Virus record (IMG/VR): IMGVR_UViG_3300020045_006384
Span: 1-64,000 of that record
DNA: 64,000 bases
Source of the DNA: a virus
Reading direction: 5' to 3' (one strand)
Shown: in pieces, positions 48,042 through 57,197 of the stretch
Numbering within the stretch: position 1 is the stretch's first letter
Layout: each line of letters begins with the position of its first letter
Made by a program: the position numbers and the translations under genes
Notes under the pieces: generated by a model
The model's input: only the letters and a program-made list of their open reading frames with translations
Database searches by the model: none
Told to the model about the DNA's origin: nothing

Positions 48042-48812
48042 ATGAGTATAGCACTACCAAAAGAAGTAAGTGGACCTTCTAAAAAAAACCCAAGTAAATT
48101 AATTATATTTAGTTCACCTAAGTCTGGTAAAACAGAAGCTTTAAGTAGATTAGAAAATAATTTAATTTTAGATCTTGAAAATGGATCTGGATTTGTGTCA
48201 GGATTAAAAATAAATGTTTTAGAAGAAGCCACCAAACAAGGAATAAAACCTATTATGGCATTAAAACAAATTATTGACACTATTACAGAAGCAAATAGAG
48301 AAAAAAAAGGATATGTATATAAATATATATCAATAGATACAGTTTCTGCCCTAGAAGATTTCTATGCGCCTGATTTAGCTTTAAAACTATACAGAAATAC
48401 ACCAATTGGTCGTAATTTTCAAGGAGATACAGTTTTAGAATTACCACAGGGTGCTGGATACTACTGGTTAAGACTTGCAATGAATATGATTTTAGATGAA
48501 TTAGAGGCACTTTGTGAAACTTTGATTATATCAGGTCATACTAAAGATAAACTAGCTGAATTCAACGGAAAAGAAGTTAACCAACGTGGTTTAGATTTAG
48601 TAGGAAAAATGCCTGCTATATTATGTTCTAAAAGCGATGCTATCTGTTACTTATATCGTAAAGATAATCAAACAATCGCTAATTTTAAAACAGCTGAAAC
48701 ATTGTCTGTAGGTGCAAGACCAGAACATCTAAAAAATCAAGAAATTGTATTATTAGAAATGAATGAAAAAGGAGAATTTATATCCTATTGGGATAAAATT
48801 TTCGTAGATTAA
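48042..48812 (+). CDS. AAA_24/Sak4-like P-loop ATPase
   Basis: SSPKSGKT, LDLENG, IDTVS, IISGH. Confidence 0.8.
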   Translation: MSIALPKEVSGPSKKNPSKLIIFSSPKSGKTEALSRLENNLILDLENGSGFVSGLKINVLEEATKQGIKPIMALKQIIDTITEANREKKGYVYKYISIDTVSALEDFYAPDLALKLYRNTPIGRNFQGDTVLELPQGAGYYWLRLAMNMILDELEALCETLIISGHTKDKLAEFNGKEVNQRGLDLVGKMPAILCSKSDAICYLYRKDNQTIANFKTAETLSVGARPEHLKNQEIVLLEMNEKGEFISYWDKIFVD

Positions 48813-48884
48813 TAAAAATAGTTAGAGTTCTATTCAAAAACTCATTTTTATAAGCCAAAATAATAATTTAAAATATATATAAGT

Positions 48885-49484
48885 ATGTTCGATTTAAACG
48901 GAGAAGATTTTAAAACTCAATCAAATTTGATTTTTAACAACGGTGAAGCAGGAAAAGTTGAAAATGTTTCAATTAGTGTAGAAAAGAAAACACCAGAAAT
49001 GCAAGAAATGGCACCAGATTATAAAGTAATTTTTACTGATGAAGCTGGTGGTCAAGTTAATATGGGTATTTATTACCCAAAACCAAATGAAATGTTTGAT
49101 GAAGCTAAAAATGCATCATTAGCTAAATTAAATGTTGGTAGAGTATTATCAATTGCTAAATCAGTATTAGGAAATGATTATGTTTTTCCAGCAGTAAATA
49201 CACCACAAGAAGCAATTGATGTGTTAATGAAATTAACAGCTCAAAACTGTGAAGGTAAAAAAGTTAATATTTTCGTAACTTATGGTTCAGTTAGTAAACC
49301 AAAATCTTATCTAGGTGTATACAGAAACTTTGATTTCATCGAAGCTTTTGGAACAACACCATCAAGACTAAGAGTTGTTAGAAAAGGTAATCAATATGAT
49401 GACCAAATGGAAAGAATTACAGAAGATGCTCCAATTACAGCAGATTCTTCAGAAACTCCAGTTACTAAACAATCTTGGATCTAA
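48885..49484 (+). CDS. Putative single-stranded DNA-binding protein
   Basis: Between the Sak4-like ATPase and primase; beta-rich with an acidic tail ending in an aromatic residue. Confidence 0.5.
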   Translation: MFDLNGEDFKTQSNLIFNNGEAGKVENVSISVEKKTPEMQEMAPDYKVIFTDEAGGQVNMGIYYPKPNEMFDEAKNASLAKLNVGRVLSIAKSVLGNDYVFPAVNTPQEAIDVLMKLTAQNCEGKKVNIFVTYGSVSKPKSYLGVYRNFDFIEAFGTTPSRLRVVRKGNQYDDQMERITEDAPITADSSETPVTKQSWI

Positions 49485-49491
49485 TATTAAT

Positions 49492-49522
49492 AATAAGAGG
49501 GTGTAAAAACCCTCTTTATTTT
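49492..49522 (+). terminator. Hairpin/terminator
   Basis: AAGAGGG/CCCTCTT stem followed by a T-rich tail. Confidence 0.55.
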
Positions 49523-49591
49523 GGGAGTAATTCTTTGGAGAAACCAGCTCTGTAAAAGCTCACATAGTAGGTTCGATGCCTGCTACTCCCA
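49523..49591 (+). tRNA. Atypical short tRNA with GTA (Tyr) anticodon
   Basis: GGGAGTA/TACTCCC acceptor, TTCT-TTGG-AGAA D arm, AGCT-CTGTAAA-AGCT anticodon arm, GTAGG-TTCGATG-CCTGC T arm. Confidence 0.6.
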
Positions 49592-49752
49592 CTAATAAAT
49601 TAAATAACTAAAAATATGTCAGAAGATGAAATAGAAATAAATAAAGCAATACAAGAAGAATTAAAATCATATCCAGTTATTGATTTTATAGAAACAATAT
49701 CTGTAGATTCATTTGAAATGTCAGGTAAAATACATTTTATACAATATTAACT

Positions 49753-50793
49753 ATGAATGTAATAATTAATTTAAATTTAAAACCTATAACAAAAGAATTA
49801 TTACTTACTAAAATTACTGATTTAGAAATATACAGAATGTATATGAATGAAGATGTAAGTACAAAAGGTAATATATCTTCACCATTAAGAGAAGATAAAA
49901 AAAATTCATTTGGATTCTTTAAAGGAGAATCTGGAGAAATTTGTTTTAATGATTTTGTTTTAGGTCATGGAGAATGTGTTAAATTTGTGATGCTTAAATT
50001 TGGTATAACTTGGTTTGAAGCATTAAGTAAAATTGCTTTAGATGCAGGATTAGAAAATGAATTTATAATAAAAAATACATTTAAAACAAATGTTAATGCA
50101 TCAAATTATTTAACAACAAGAGAAGAAATTTTAAAACAGTTAAATGCTAAAGCATTAGCTAAAACATCTAGAGATTGGACATTAAAAGATTTAGCATATT
50201 GGGGTCAATTTGGTATAACTTATTTAATATTAAATAAATATAGAGTTAGACCTGTTGCGTATATACATGCTGGAATAGAAAGAAAAATTATTCAAGCAGA
50301 TACATTAGCTTATTCTTATACTGAAATAAAAGATGGTAAAGAAACTTTTAAAATATATCAACCTAATAATGGTAATTATAAATGGTTGAATACTCACGAT
50401 GATTCAGTGTGGCAAGGTTGGGAACAAATGCCTGCAACAGGTAAGCAATTAATAATTACAAAATCTTTAAAAGATGTAATGTCAATTGTAAATATTACAG
50501 GAATTCCTGCAGTAAGTTTACAAACTGAATCTGCATTACCTAAAGAAAATATAATTGACGAATTAAAATCAAGATTTGAAAAAGTATATTTACTTTATGA
50601 TAATGATTTTGATAAAGAAATTAATTGGGGTAGACAATTTAGTAATAATTTAACAAGTAAGTTTAATTTATGGCAATTAGAAATACCTGATAAATATAAA
50701 TCTAAAGACTTTAGTGATTTAGTAAAAAATCATGGTCAAAAAATAGCAAAAGAATGCTTAATAGAATTAATCAACAACGCCGTGCCTTTTTAA
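49753..50793 (+). CDS. DNA primase (TOPRIM)
   Basis: SPLRED.K.SF N-terminal domain, ITKSLKDVM, LYDND, KDFSD. Confidence 0.85.
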   Translation: MNVIINLNLKPITKELLLTKITDLEIYRMYMNEDVSTKGNISSPLREDKKNSFGFFKGESGEICFNDFVLGHGECVKFVMLKFGITWFEALSKIALDAGLENEFIIKNTFKTNVNASNYLTTREEILKQLNAKALAKTSRDWTLKDLAYWGQFGITYLILNKYRVRPVAYIHAGIERKIIQADTLAYSYTEIKDGKETFKIYQPNNGNYKWLNTHDDSVWQGWEQMPATGKQLIITKSLKDVMSIVNITGIPAVSLQTESALPKENIIDELKSRFEKVYLLYDNDFDKEINWGRQFSNNLTSKFNLWQLEIPDKYKSKDFSDLVKNHGQKIAKECLIELINNAVPF

Positions 50794-50798
50794 AAAGA

Positions 50799-51218
50799 AT
50801 GAAAGAAGAAGAAAAAAAAAGATATTTGGTTGCATTATATGGTAGCTTACGCAAAGGTGGAGTTTCACATCATATAGTAGCAAATCAAATTTTTTTAGGT
50901 AGCTTTGATACAGAACCAATTTATGATATGTATGTATTTGGATTATATCCTGTACTTATAAGAGATGGTAATACTTCTATTAGAATGGAAGTATATGATG
51001 TATCAGAAGAAATTTATAAAAAATTAGAAACAATTCGTCAACATAATGATGAAACTCAAGAAACTGAATTATTTGAAAAAAGTTTAATTTATACTCCATA
51101 TGGACTTGCGACTACATTTTTTAGTTCATTAAAAGTATCAAATAAAGTAAAAGTTTCAAGTGGTGATTGGTTAGATTATCGCAAACAAATATATAAAGAA
51201 ATAAAACATAATAAATAA
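50799..51218 (+). CDS. Second gamma-glutamylcyclotransferase-like protein (possibly inactive)
   Basis: LYGSLRKG, YPVL, MEVYDV, SGDW; lacks the D.LEG glutamate seen in 43951. Confidence 0.7.
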   Translation: MKEEEKKRYLVALYGSLRKGGVSHHIVANQIFLGSFDTEPIYDMYVFGLYPVLIRDGNTSIRMEVYDVSEEIYKKLETIRQHNDETQETELFEKSLIYTPYGLATTFFSSLKVSNKVKVSSGDWLDYRKQIYKEIKHNK

Positions 51219-51219
51219 C

Positions 51220-52113
51220 ATGGGAACTGTAGTAAAAAAAGCAAATACAATTAAAAAAATAGGAGAAAAACTTGTTGGTAAATTTAAACCAATGATTAGA
51301 AGTAGACATCCATCTCATAATCCTTTTAGAACACAATTAAGATCTTTACCTTTTAGAAGTGTAATTAGATTTGGTTCTTTAACTGAACTAGATGATGCTG
51401 CAACAACATTAGGTACAAGAGTTGAATTAAATTCTGCTGAAGCAATTAAAAACAGTTCATCTAAATTATTAATGAAACAATGTTTTGAAAAATTAAATGT
51501 TCAAACAGCAAGTTGGGTTGCAAAAACTAGTTCAAATGCTCAAGCAGTTGATAATTGGTTAAAAACTGTAGAATATCCTATTGTTGCAAAGTCACATCAT
51601 GGTAGTAGAGGTAAAGGTAATACATTACTTAAATCTCGTGCTGATTATGATAATTTTATTAAAGGTAAAACACTTTCTCATTATATATTTGAAAAGTATT
51701 GTAATTATAACAAAGAATATAGATTACATGTTACAAAAGATGGTTGTTTTTACACTTGTAGAAAAATGTTAAAACAAGAATTTAAAGATCATCCAAATTC
51801 ATGGCAACGTCATGATGACAATTGTGTATGGATTCTTGAAGAAAATCCTAATTTTGATAAACCTGTAAACTGGGATACAAAAGGTGGTATTGTTGAAAAT
51901 TGTGTAAATGCATTAAAATCATGTGGTTTAGATTTTGGAGCATGTGATTTAAGAGTACAAAACAACACTGATGGAGATGGTAAAAAAAGAAAATCTTGTG
52001 AATTCATTGTTGTAGAAATTAATTCTGCTCCAAGTATGGGTACAGTTACATTAGAAAAATATAAAGAAAAATTGCCAGAACTTTTAATTGAAAAATACAA
52101 TGCTAGAAAATAA
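51220..52113 (+). CDS. ATP-grasp peptide ligase
   Basis: YPIVAK..HGSRGKG, FEKY, EYRLHV, LDFGACD, VEINSAP. Confidence 0.85.
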   Translation: MGTVVKKANTIKKIGEKLVGKFKPMIRSRHPSHNPFRTQLRSLPFRSVIRFGSLTELDDAATTLGTRVELNSAEAIKNSSSKLLMKQCFEKLNVQTASWVAKTSSNAQAVDNWLKTVEYPIVAKSHHGSRGKGNTLLKSRADYDNFIKGKTLSHYIFEKYCNYNKEYRLHVTKDGCFYTCRKMLKQEFKDHPNSWQRHDDNCVWILEENPNFDKPVNWDTKGGIVENCVNALKSCGLDFGACDLRVQNNTDGDGKKRKSCEFIVVEINSAPSMGTVTLEKYKEKLPELLIEKYNARK

Positions 52114-52483
52114 AAAATCAATACCTGCTCGTACTTTAAGTGTTTTATCAAATGATGGTAATATTCAAAAATTAAAAATTGGTCAAGAAAAATTAGTACT
52201 TGATATAAAAATAAGTCCTTCACCAACAAGTAACTGTCAATTAAGTTCTATTAATAATATTAATGATGTTATTGATATTTTAACAATTGAAGAATTAACA
52301 TATTATATAAAAAATATAATTTTACCAGGAAATTATATTAAATTAATTATTATTAGAAATAAATCAAGACTTAATAAATTTAAAAAAAGTTTTGAATTAG
52401 TTAAAAATAGAAGAATTCACATAGAACAAGAAACTAAAATTAAAGGTATTTATCAATATATAATTTTATTAAAAACAAAATAA
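52100..52483 (+). CDS. Hypothetical protein
   Basis: About 127 aa; SPTSNCQLSSI. Confidence 0.5.
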   Translation: MLENKKSIPARTLSVLSNDGNIQKLKIGQEKLVLDIKISPSPTSNCQLSSINNINDVIDILTIEELTYYIKNIILPGNYIKLIIIRNKSRLNKFKKSFELVKNRRIHIEQETKIKGIYQYIILLKTK

Positions 52484-52484
52484 A

Positions 52485-52895
52485 ATGGAAGAAAAAAAAA
52501 ATGGAATTTATCTTGTAACTTTTAAAGAAACAAATACACAAAAACATAATATTCAATATGAATGTTTATATGAAAACTATTCATATGGTAAACAAATTCA
52601 AAAAAATATAAAACATTTTATTAATTTATTTCCTACTGATAGTGGTATTTATTTATTTGGTTATTTTGCAGCAATGTTAACTTCTTTTAAAATTAATAGT
52701 AAAGAAATAGTTCTTTCTAAAATTAATAAAGTTATATTAATTGATATTAAAAAACAATATGAAAGTCTTGTAGTAGAAATGTTTAAAAATGATAAAGATG
52801 TAATTAAATTTAATAAAAATTATATGTCTTCAAATGGTTCTTCAATGACATTAATGGTATTGGATTTAACAAAAATATACAAAAAAGAAAAATAA
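52485..52895 (+). CDS. Hypothetical protein
   Basis: 136 aa; YMSSNGSSM. Confidence 0.5.
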   Translation: MEEKKNGIYLVTFKETNTQKHNIQYECLYENYSYGKQIQKNIKHFINLFPTDSGIYLFGYFAAMLTSFKINSKEIVLSKINKVILIDIKKQYESLVVEMFKNDKDVIKFNKNYMSSNGSSMTLMVLDLTKIYKKEK

Positions 52896-52905
52896 AAAAA
52901 ATAAA

Positions 52906-53622
52906 ATGAAAAAAACGATAGGTATATATGCTGATTCATATAATGGTAAAGTTGGTCAAACATTTCCATACATGCAATTTTTTAGTCAATTTGGTTTTGT
53001 TAGATTAATTTCTACTACAGATAACTTAGATAAAATTGTTGATGAAGTTGATATGTTAGTATTACCAGGTGGTGCAGATGTTGATGTTTCAACATATAAT
53101 GGTGTACCAGGAGTAATGGATACTCGTGCTAATCAACATTATGAATATTTAGATAAAATATTACTTCCTCAATTTATTAAAGCAAACAAACCAATCTTTG
53201 GTATTTGTAGAGGTATGCAACGTTTAAATACTTGGTTTGGTGGAACATTAAATCAACATATACTTGGTCATCACCAAGGTGACAAAAGAGAAGAAACTAA
53301 ACAAGAAATTCAATTTGAAGATAATAATAATAGATGGTTTGTTAATACAATGCATCATCAATCTGTTAATATTTTAGGAGAAGGATTAGAAGTTATTTGT
53401 TATTCTCAAAGATATGACAATTGTTATTCTGAAGAAAATAATGTTAGAGGTTGGAATTATTATAATAAAGCTGGTGGTGTTATTAATACTGAACCAGAAT
53501 CTATTATTATTGAAGGTTTTAAACATTCTACATTAAAAATAGCAGGATTACAATATCATCCTGAAGAAATGAATTGTGCTTATGCAAAACTTATTATTAA
53601 TGAACTTTTAAGTGAAGATTAG
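52906..53622 (+). CDS. Class I glutamine amidotransferase / peptidase C26
   Basis: LPGGADV, GICRGMQ, HHQ, QYHPE triad. Confidence 0.85.
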   Translation: MKKTIGIYADSYNGKVGQTFPYMQFFSQFGFVRLISTTDNLDKIVDEVDMLVLPGGADVDVSTYNGVPGVMDTRANQHYEYLDKILLPQFIKANKPIFGICRGMQRLNTWFGGTLNQHILGHHQGDKREETKQEIQFEDNNNRWFVNTMHHQSVNILGEGLEVICYSQRYDNCYSEENNVRGWNYYNKAGGVINTEPESIIIEGFKHSTLKIAGLQYHPEEMNCAYAKLIINELLSED

Positions 53623-53623
53623 A

Positions 53624-54301
53624 ATGATTAAAAATAAAATTACAGTATATGTAAATGGTAAAATAAATAATGATAATTATATTTCTTTTTTATCTGATTA
53701 TTATGATGTAACAGTTGTAAAATCTTCAAATTATACAGGTAAAGAAAAAATTGATTTAGTATTATTTATTGGAGGAGAGGATATTACTCCTCAATATTAT
53801 AATGAAAATATTGGTTCAAAAACTAAAACTAATATAGAACGTGATAAATATGAAAAAGAATATTTATTTAATCGTTTTAGAAATGTACCTAAATTAGGAA
53901 TTTGTAGAGGTGCTCAAGCACTTACAGTATGGTCAGGTGGTAAATTAATTCAAGACGTAGAAGGTCATGCAACAGGTAGTTTACATGAAATTGAAATGTC
54001 AACACCATATACTGATTCAATTTATAAAATAACTTCTACACATCATCAAATGATGTATCCATTTGAAATGAGCGAAGATAATTTTATTATTCTTGGTTAT
54101 TCTAAATATTTTTTAAGTAATAAATATTTAAATGGTAATGATACAAATATTGATTTACCAAAAGATTTTGTAGAACCAGAAATTGTTTTTTATCCTAAAA
54201 CAAATTCATTATGTATTCAAGGTCATCCAGAAAGTGCAAATTGTCCTCAACACACTAAAGAAATGATACATATATTAATTAATTATTATTTAAAAGTATA
54301 A
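53624..54301 (+). CDS. Class I glutamine amidotransferase / peptidase C26 (second copy)
   Basis: GGEDI.P, GICRGAQ, STHHQMM, QGHPE. Confidence 0.85.
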   Translation: MIKNKITVYVNGKINNDNYISFLSDYYDVTVVKSSNYTGKEKIDLVLFIGGEDITPQYYNENIGSKTKTNIERDKYEKEYLFNRFRNVPKLGICRGAQALTVWSGGKLIQDVEGHATGSLHEIEMSTPYTDSIYKITSTHHQMMYPFEMSEDNFIILGYSKYFLSNKYLNGNDTNIDLPKDFVEPEIVFYPKTNSLCIQGHPESANCPQHTKEMIHILINYYLKV

Positions 54302-55122
54302 TGGAAAAAACAGAAAACAAATATAACATAACATTAGGTGCAGATCCAGAAATTTTTATATGTGATGAAAATGAAATAGTATCAGCTGAAGGTTTAACAG
54401 AAGGTGGAAGTAAATATGCGCCTAGACCTATTACAGAAGAAGGTCATGCTATTCAAGAAGATGGTATAATGTTTGAATATAATATTCCACCTTGTTCAAC
54501 AGAAGAAGAATGGATAGAAAATCATCAAGTTTGTCAAGATTATTTATTAGTTTTAGCAGAAGCAAATGGTTATAAATTTAGTACAAAAGTTAGTGATGAA
54601 GTTAATGAAAAGTATTTACAAACTTTACAAGCTTCAACATTTGGTTGTGAACCTGATTATAATGTATATTTAGGTGATAACAACCCAACACCAGATTCTA
54701 ATACAAATTTAAGATGTGCTGGAGGACATGTAGCAATTGGTTATCCAAATGCTAATGAAGAACAAACTGAAAAGATAGTAAAAGTATTTGATATGTTTGT
54801 AGTATTACCAGCTCTTTTTAAAGACAATGATACGCGTCGAAGAGAGTTATATGGTAAAGCAGGAAGTTTTAGATTTAAAGACTTTGGAGTTGAATGTAGA
54901 GCATTATCTAATTTTTGGATTCATACTCCAGAAACAATGAGTTGGGTTTTTAATCAAACATTAAAAGCTGTAAACTTTGTTTTAGATAATGAATGTGATG
55001 AATTAATTAATAAATATTCTGAACAAGTTAGAACTGCAATTGATACTAATAATTTAGAATCTGCAAAAGAATTATTAACAGTACTTAATATTACTGAAAA
55101 AAAAGAAAAAATAACAATATAA
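54301..55122 (+). CDS. phiEco32-like COOH-NH2 ligase type 2
   Basis: TLGADPE, QEDG...EYN, GCEPDYN, LRCAGGHV, RRELYGKAG.FR, GVECR.LSNFW. Confidence 0.85.
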   Translation: MEKTENKYNITLGADPEIFICDENEIVSAEGLTEGGSKYAPRPITEEGHAIQEDGIMFEYNIPPCSTEEEWIENHQVCQDYLLVLAEANGYKFSTKVSDEVNEKYLQTLQASTFGCEPDYNVYLGDNNPTPDSNTNLRCAGGHVAIGYPNANEEQTEKIVKVFDMFVVLPALFKDNDTRRRELYGKAGSFRFKDFGVECRALSNFWIHTPETMSWVFNQTLKAVNFVLDNECDELINKYSEQVRTAIDTNNLESAKELLTVLNITEKKEKITI

Positions 55123-55129
55123 AAAACAA

Positions 55130-57196
55130 ATGATAAATATAATATTAATACTTTTATTATTCCAAATTCTTGGTTTAATAATATTTAAACCAAAACATAA
55201 TACATTAGGTTGTGGTATTTTTGCATGGGCTGGAAGTAGTCCAAAATCTTTTAACAAAGCAAAATTTGACATTTTAGGACTTTATAATAATTCCAGAGGT
55301 GGTGATTCATGCGGTGTTACAACAGATGGTGAAATTTATTATGGATTAGCAACCAATAAAAATTATTATGATTTTTTAATAGAAAAAGAATATTTGAAAC
55401 CAAAAGAAGTACCTGTTGTATTTGGTCATACTAGAAGACTTAGTGTTGGAGTAGCTAATGAATATAATGCACATCCTTTTGGGTTTGGTGAATTAAATGA
55501 AGGTTATTCTTTTATAGGTTGTCATAATGGTACATTAACAAATCATAGTGATTTAGCAAAAGATTATGATGTAACAGTTGATTTATGGGAATTAAATGAA
55601 CATGGTGCTAAAGGAAAATGGATCCGTAGTAAAAATGATTCAGAAATCTTATTAGAATGTATTTATAATTCTAAAGATATTAAAGTTTTAGATTCATATA
55701 TTGGTGGTGCAGCTTTAATCTTTCAAGATTTAAGTGAACCTGATACAATTTATGCATTTCATGGTGCTTCAAGAAAAGAAACTGGAGATACTAATCCTGA
55801 TAAATTTGAAGAAAGACCTTTATATTATTATAAAGAAAGTAAAAATTCTCTTTATATATCTTCTTTAGAAGAACCTTTAATAGCAATTGGTGGAAAACAA
55901 GATAAAAATATTTTTGAATTTAAACATAATATTGTTTATAAAATTAAAAATGGTGATATTGATTCTGCAATTACTTATAAAGTAAACAGAAACGAAGCTG
56001 CTCAAAAAAAATCATACTCAACAGGACATAATAAAAATTTTACTATGGCTCCTATGACGAGGAAGATACATTCGGCCACGGCCAATTGTACCTTGGACAT
56101 GGTTATGACTAAAAAAAGGAGCCCTAAACAATCAAAATTAAACTATAAAGTATTAGATAATTCTATTATTACAAATATTTATGATGAAACAGATGATAAA
56201 TATTTTAAATCAGGAATTAATTTTAGAAACTTACGTTACAGAAGAAATGGTCATTTAATTGAAGGTGTATATACTTTTATATTTGGTTATGGTTTACTTT
56301 ATATATCAGATGATCCAGTTAAAGCTATGGCATCAAGCTATGAATTTTTAGATAGATTTTTTGATATGGAAAAAGGTAGATTTTTAAATGGTACAGAAAT
56401 TCCAGATTTTAAATCAGGTAACGTAGTTAAACCTTTTACATTTAAAAAACAAATAGACCCGCCTTTATTATATTTTTATAAAGGTATAATGCTAGAAACT
56501 TTAATGGATTATGAAGCTGTTACTAATAAATTTAAAGATAAATTTACTTTTTTAGATTTATCAGAAATGGCAAAACATCCAATTATAGATATTAGTAAAA
56601 AAAGAAAACCTGATCATAATCAAGAAATTACATATAATAGATTACCATGTACTAAAAAACATTCGTTTCTTCAAAGTGGTAAAATTTATAATATTGAAAA
56701 AGGAAACTTAATTAATATTGAAATATGTGAAGATTCAATTGATTTATTAGAAAATACAACACCACCAATTCTTTTAGGAGAAAGTTCAACAATTAAATTA
56801 AATAGTAATGAGATTACTGATAAATCAGAAATACCATTTAAAATTTATCAAAATAATGAATTAAAAAAATTAGGTGATATATTTGAAGTTAATCAAATTA
56901 AAACTGAACATTTTATTGATGCTAACGATATATTTTCTGATGTTGAAATTATTAACAAAAATTCTGAAATTAATGAAGATCCTGAAATTGAAGAAGAAAT
57001 TGAATATAATTCTGAAATAAAAGATACTCTTGAATCTGAAATGATGAATGTTTATATAACAGTTCAAACTGCAAATAATAATTTAGCAAAACATTCTGCT
57101 AATTCTGATGTAGTAACAGATGTTATGGAAGTTAATAATGATTATTTAATGAATTTAGATTCTTTAATTATTGATAAAATAGGAAATAATAAATAA
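55130..57196 (+). CDS. Class II glutamine amidotransferase with N-terminal hydrophobic leader and long C-terminal extension
   Basis: CGIF at residue 28, RGGDSCG, GHTR, NAHPF, HNGTL.N, DSE. Confidence 0.85.
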   Translation: MINIILILLLFQILGLIIFKPKHNTLGCGIFAWAGSSPKSFNKAKFDILGLYNNSRGGDSCGVTTDGEIYYGLATNKNYYDFLIEKEYLKPKEVPVVFGHTRRLSVGVANEYNAHPFGFGELNEGYSFIGCHNGTLTNHSDLAKDYDVTVDLWELNEHGAKGKWIRSKNDSEILLECIYNSKDIKVLDSYIGGAALIFQDLSEPDTIYAFHGASRKETGDTNPDKFEERPLYYYKESKNSLYISSLEEPLIAIGGKQDKNIFEFKHNIVYKIKNGDIDSAITYKVNRNEAAQKKSYSTGHNKNFTMAPMTRKIHSATANCTLDMVMTKKRSPKQSKLNYKVLDNSIITNIYDETDDKYFKSGINFRNLRYRRNGHLIEGVYTFIFGYGLLYISDDPVKAMASSYEFLDRFFDMEKGRFLNGTEIPDFKSGNVVKPFTFKKQIDPPLLYFYKGIMLETLMDYEAVTNKFKDKFTFLDLSEMAKHPIIDISKKRKPDHNQEITYNRLPCTKKHSFLQSGKIYNIEKGNLINIEICEDSIDLLENTTPPILLGESSTIKLNSNEITDKSEIPFKIYQNNELKKLGDIFEVNQIKTEHFIDANDIFSDVEIINKNSEINEDPEIEEEIEYNSEIKDTLESEMMNVYITVQTANNNLAKHSANSDVVTDVMEVNNDYLMNLDSLIIDKIGNNK

Positions 57197-57197
57197 A

